DNA from: Desulfuromonadales bacterium
GTDB taxonomy: Bacteria; Desulfobacterota; Desulfuromonadia; Desulfuromonadales; JACZKF01
DNA: 64,000 nt
NCBI GenBank assembly: GCA_041677125.1
Contig: JBAYQP010000001.1
Span: 2,677-66,676 of the forward strand
Reading direction: 5' to 3'
The position numbers and the translations under genes are program-made. Position 1 is the stretch's first letter, and the number at the start of each line of letters is the position of its first letter. The notes under the pieces are model-generated. The model was not told the DNA's origin. It did not search any database and saw only the letters and a program-made list of their open reading frames with translations. Positions 58,691 through 64,000 of this stretch are shown one piece after another.

Positions 58691-59167
58691 TTACTCATAT
58701 TTGATATCGATCACTTCGTAGGTCTTCTGCCCGGAAGGGACCTGGATACGCACCTCGTCGTCGAGACGATGGCCGATGAGCGCCTTGCCCACCGGAGAGG
58801 TGACGGAAAGTTTGCCCAATTTGATATCGGCTTCGTCTTCGCCGACGATCTGATAAGTTACTTCGTTGCCGGAATCGACGTCGAACAGGGTCACCTTGGC
58901 GCCGAAAAGCACTTTTTCGCTGTCCAGTTCGGCCGGGTTGATGACCTGGGCGCGAGCGATCTTGTCGTTGAGTTCCTTGATGCGACCTTCAATGAAACCC
59001 TGACGCTCCTTGGCCGCATCGTACTCGGCATTTTCCGACAAATCGCCGTGGCTGCGCGCTTCGGCAATAGCTTGCACCACCTGCGGCCGGGAAACGCGAA
59101 CCAGGTTCTTCAATTCCTCCTGCAAGCGCTGATACCCTTCGCGGGTCATGGGGACCGATCGAGACAT
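58691..59167 (-). CDS. greA: Transcription elongation factor GreA
   Basis: 158 aa containing PMTREGYQRLQEEL, GDLSENAEYDAAKE and SVTSPVGKALIG. Confidence 0.95.
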   Translation of the reverse strand: MSRSVPMTREGYQRLQEELKNLVRVSRPQVVQAIAEARSHGDLSENAEYDAAKERQGFIEGRIKELNDKIARAQVINPAELDSEKVLFGAKVTLFDVDSGNEVTYQIVGEDEADIKLGKLSVTSPVGKALIGHRLDDEVRIQVPSGQKTYEVIDIKYE

Positions 59168-59195
59168 GGAGAATCCTCACCTTTTTCAATGACGG

Positions 59196-59225
59196 AAAAA
59201 AATCAGCGGGCGGGTTGCCCCGCCC
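59196..59225 (-). terminator. Candidate terminator or attenuator between carB and greA
   Basis: On the minus strand: GGGCGGG-gcaa-CCCGCCC, then gctga plus T7. The 5-nt spacer before the T-run weakens the call. Confidence 0.45.
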
Positions 59226-59284
59226 GACTGGGTTGAATAAATAATGTATTGGCTTCCATAAAAGAGCGCACCCTCAGCAGGGGC

Positions 59285-62554
<3,270 letters not shown>

Positions 62555-62635
62555 TAACTCAATAACTCCCTTTGGTTATTTCGAATAAAACCATGGCGGG
62601 CGGATTATTTCGTCCCCGCACTAGAGGTGGTTCAA

Positions 62636-62905
62636 TCAGGCAAATTTGCCGACGATTGCCCGTATGAATGCATCGATATCCTGGAGGCCGGAATTTGCGC
62701 CGTAAATCACCCGCCCCTTGGCAAAGACCTGACCGAGGAGTACATCGCTGGCATCGTTGAGAACGATGGTGTCGATCTCCTTGCGGAGAAGACCTCCCAA
62801 TTCAGCCCAATATTTCATCCGGATATTGAAATACTCTTTTCGCCCCACGACGCTATCAAGCAAAAATGCCAAATCGATATCGCTTCCGGGATGCGTTTTC
62901 CCCAC
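62636..62905 (-). CDS. MNT-type nucleotidyltransferase-domain protein (Pol-beta NTase fold), possibly start-less or decayed
   Basis: The track ORF starts at GTG 62905 (GKTHPGSDIDLAFLLD...). The same frame is open up to 63043 and encodes ...EIVACYLCGSQAV, which is the G-S motif of the NTase fold. I found no ATG, GTG or TTG upstream of that motif. Confidence 0.55.
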   Translation of the reverse strand: MGKTHPGSDIDLAFLLDSVVGRKEYFNIRMKYWAELGGLLRKEIDTIVLNDASDVLLGQVFAKGRVIYGANSGLQDIDAFIRAIVGKFA

Positions 62906-63011
62906 CGCTTGCGAGCCGCAAAGATAGCATGCGACGATTTCCGGACGACCTGCGCAAAATTCCGCGACCGTTGATTCGATTTCGGCGAGATCGGTCCTCT
63001 TCGTTCCTGCG

Positions 63012-64000
63012 TTAGGCGCCTCGGCCCCCTTTTTCCTTCTCCATCATTGCAATAAATCGATCGAAGAGATAGTGCGAATCGTGCGGTCCGGGGGAGGCTT
63101 CCGGGTGGTACTGGACGGAGAAAGCGGGCAGCGTCCTGTGCACCAGGCCCTCGACGGTATTGTCGTTCAGATTGACGTGGGTGAGCACCGCCTCGGCATC
63201 GATGCTGTCGGCATCGACGGCGAAGCCATGATTCTGCGCGGTGATCTCCACCTGTCGCTCATCTTCCCGGCGCACCGGCTGGTTGCCGCCGCGGTGGCCG
63301 AACTTGAGTTTGTAGGTTTTGCCGCCGAGGGCGATGGACAGCAGCTGATGACCGAGACAGATGCCGAAAACCGGCTTTTTGCCGAGAATCTTGCGGATGT
63401 TCTCCTGGGCGTAGACAATCGGCTGCGGGTCGCCGGGGCCGTTGCTGAGAAAAACCCCGTCCGGGTTCATCGCCAGCACCTCTTCCGCCGGGGTGGCGGC
63501 GGGAACAACGGTGACGTCGCAGCCCAAGGCCACCAGGTTGCGCAGGATGTTGCGTTTAACGCCGAAATCGTAGGCCACCACTTTGTATTTCGCCGGATGC
63601 CCGTTGGGTCGGTAACCGTCGGTCAGATTCCAGGGACCTTCGGTCCAGCGGTACGGCTTGGCGCAGGTGACTTCCTTCACCAGATCGCGACCGACGATGG
63701 ACGGAGCATTCCGCGCTTTCGCCACCAGGGAATCGGCATCGAGATCGACCGAGGAAACGATGCCGGTTTGCTCTCCTTTGTCGCGGATGTGCCGCACCAG
63801 GGCCCGGGTGTCGATCCCCTGGATGCCGACGATGCCGTTCTCCTTCAGGTAAGCGTCGAGGCTCATCTTCGAGCGCCAGTTGGAGGGGAAGTCACTCGCC
63901 TCCCTGACGACGAAGGCGGACAGGCGGGGACGATCCGACTCGACATCCTCCAGGTTGATGCCGTAATTCCCGATAAGGGGATAGGTCATGGTGACGATTT
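63012..64000 (-). CDS. carA: Carbamoyl-phosphate synthase small (glutaminase) subunit; 5' end outside the window
   Basis: Contains ...[22 protein letters not shown] (catalytic Cys) and HGFAV...[12 protein letters not shown]. The frame continues past nt 64000. Confidence 0.93.
   Translation of the reverse strand, partial: IVTMTYPLIGNYGINLEDVESDRPRLSAFVVREASDFPSNWRSKMSLDAYLKENGIVGIQGIDTRALVRHIRDKGEQTGIVSSVDLDADSLVAKARNAPSIVGRDLVKEVTCAKPYRWTEGPWNLTDGYRPNGHPAKYKVVAYDFGVKRNILRNLVALGCDVTVVPAATPAEEVLAMNPDGVFLSNGPGDPQPIVYAQENIRKILGKKPVFGICLGHQLLSIALGGKTYKLKFGHRGGNQPVRREDERQVEITAQNHGFAVDADSIDAEAVLTHVNLNDNTVEGLVHRTLPAFSVQYHPEASPGPHDSHYLFDRFIAMMEKEKGGRGA

Noticed and set aside
62627-62974. 115-aa plus-strand ORF
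   Set aside because: It is antisense to the MNT-like frame, which carries the GS...DIDL NTase motif.

Overview
GC-rich 64-kb chromosomal segment. Gene content and synteny suggest a Desulfuromonadales-type deltaproteobacterium; this is inference only, as no searches were run. All family calls come from motif recognition by eye, and coordinates were refined from the ORF track by looking for start codons and SD sequences. There are about 50 protein genes, mostly housekeeping: maf, dnaE, accA, rlpA, xthA, tgt, ftsH, eno, the phoH-7TM/HD-ybeY-dgkA-corC-lnt block, an alpha-glucan phosphorylase, hslO, recG, greA and carA/carB. Accessory content starts with a visibly more AT-rich patch (about 23.8-26.8 kb) holding a solo RelE/ParE-like gene, a small-ORF transcription unit and a secreted HKD phospholipase D. 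It is followed by a cusCBA-type heavy-metal efflux operon with an unusual His/Met-rich fourth gene. I saw no rRNA, tRNA, CRISPR array or intact IS. Two mobile-element-type gene remnants are present: a Y1-transposase-like fragment at 2-121 and a frameshifted ExeA-like ATPase remnant at 37572-37915. The most noteworthy observations are: (1) an orphan Cas6/RAMP-like protein (11624-12553) with no CRISPR context; (2) ftsH split by an apparent 1-nt deletion; (3) two inverted MshEN (T2SSE_N) paralogues with c-di-GMP-binding-type motifs, bracketing a block that contains a divergent pair of uncharacterised radical-SAM genes; (4) an MNT-like nucleotidyltransferase wedged between carA and carB, with no canonical start before its catalytic motif and no HEPN partner; (5) a RelE-like protein with a CxxC...CxxC insertion and no antitoxin. 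I did not find an unambiguous novel multi-gene system, and the candidates are ranked accordingly.
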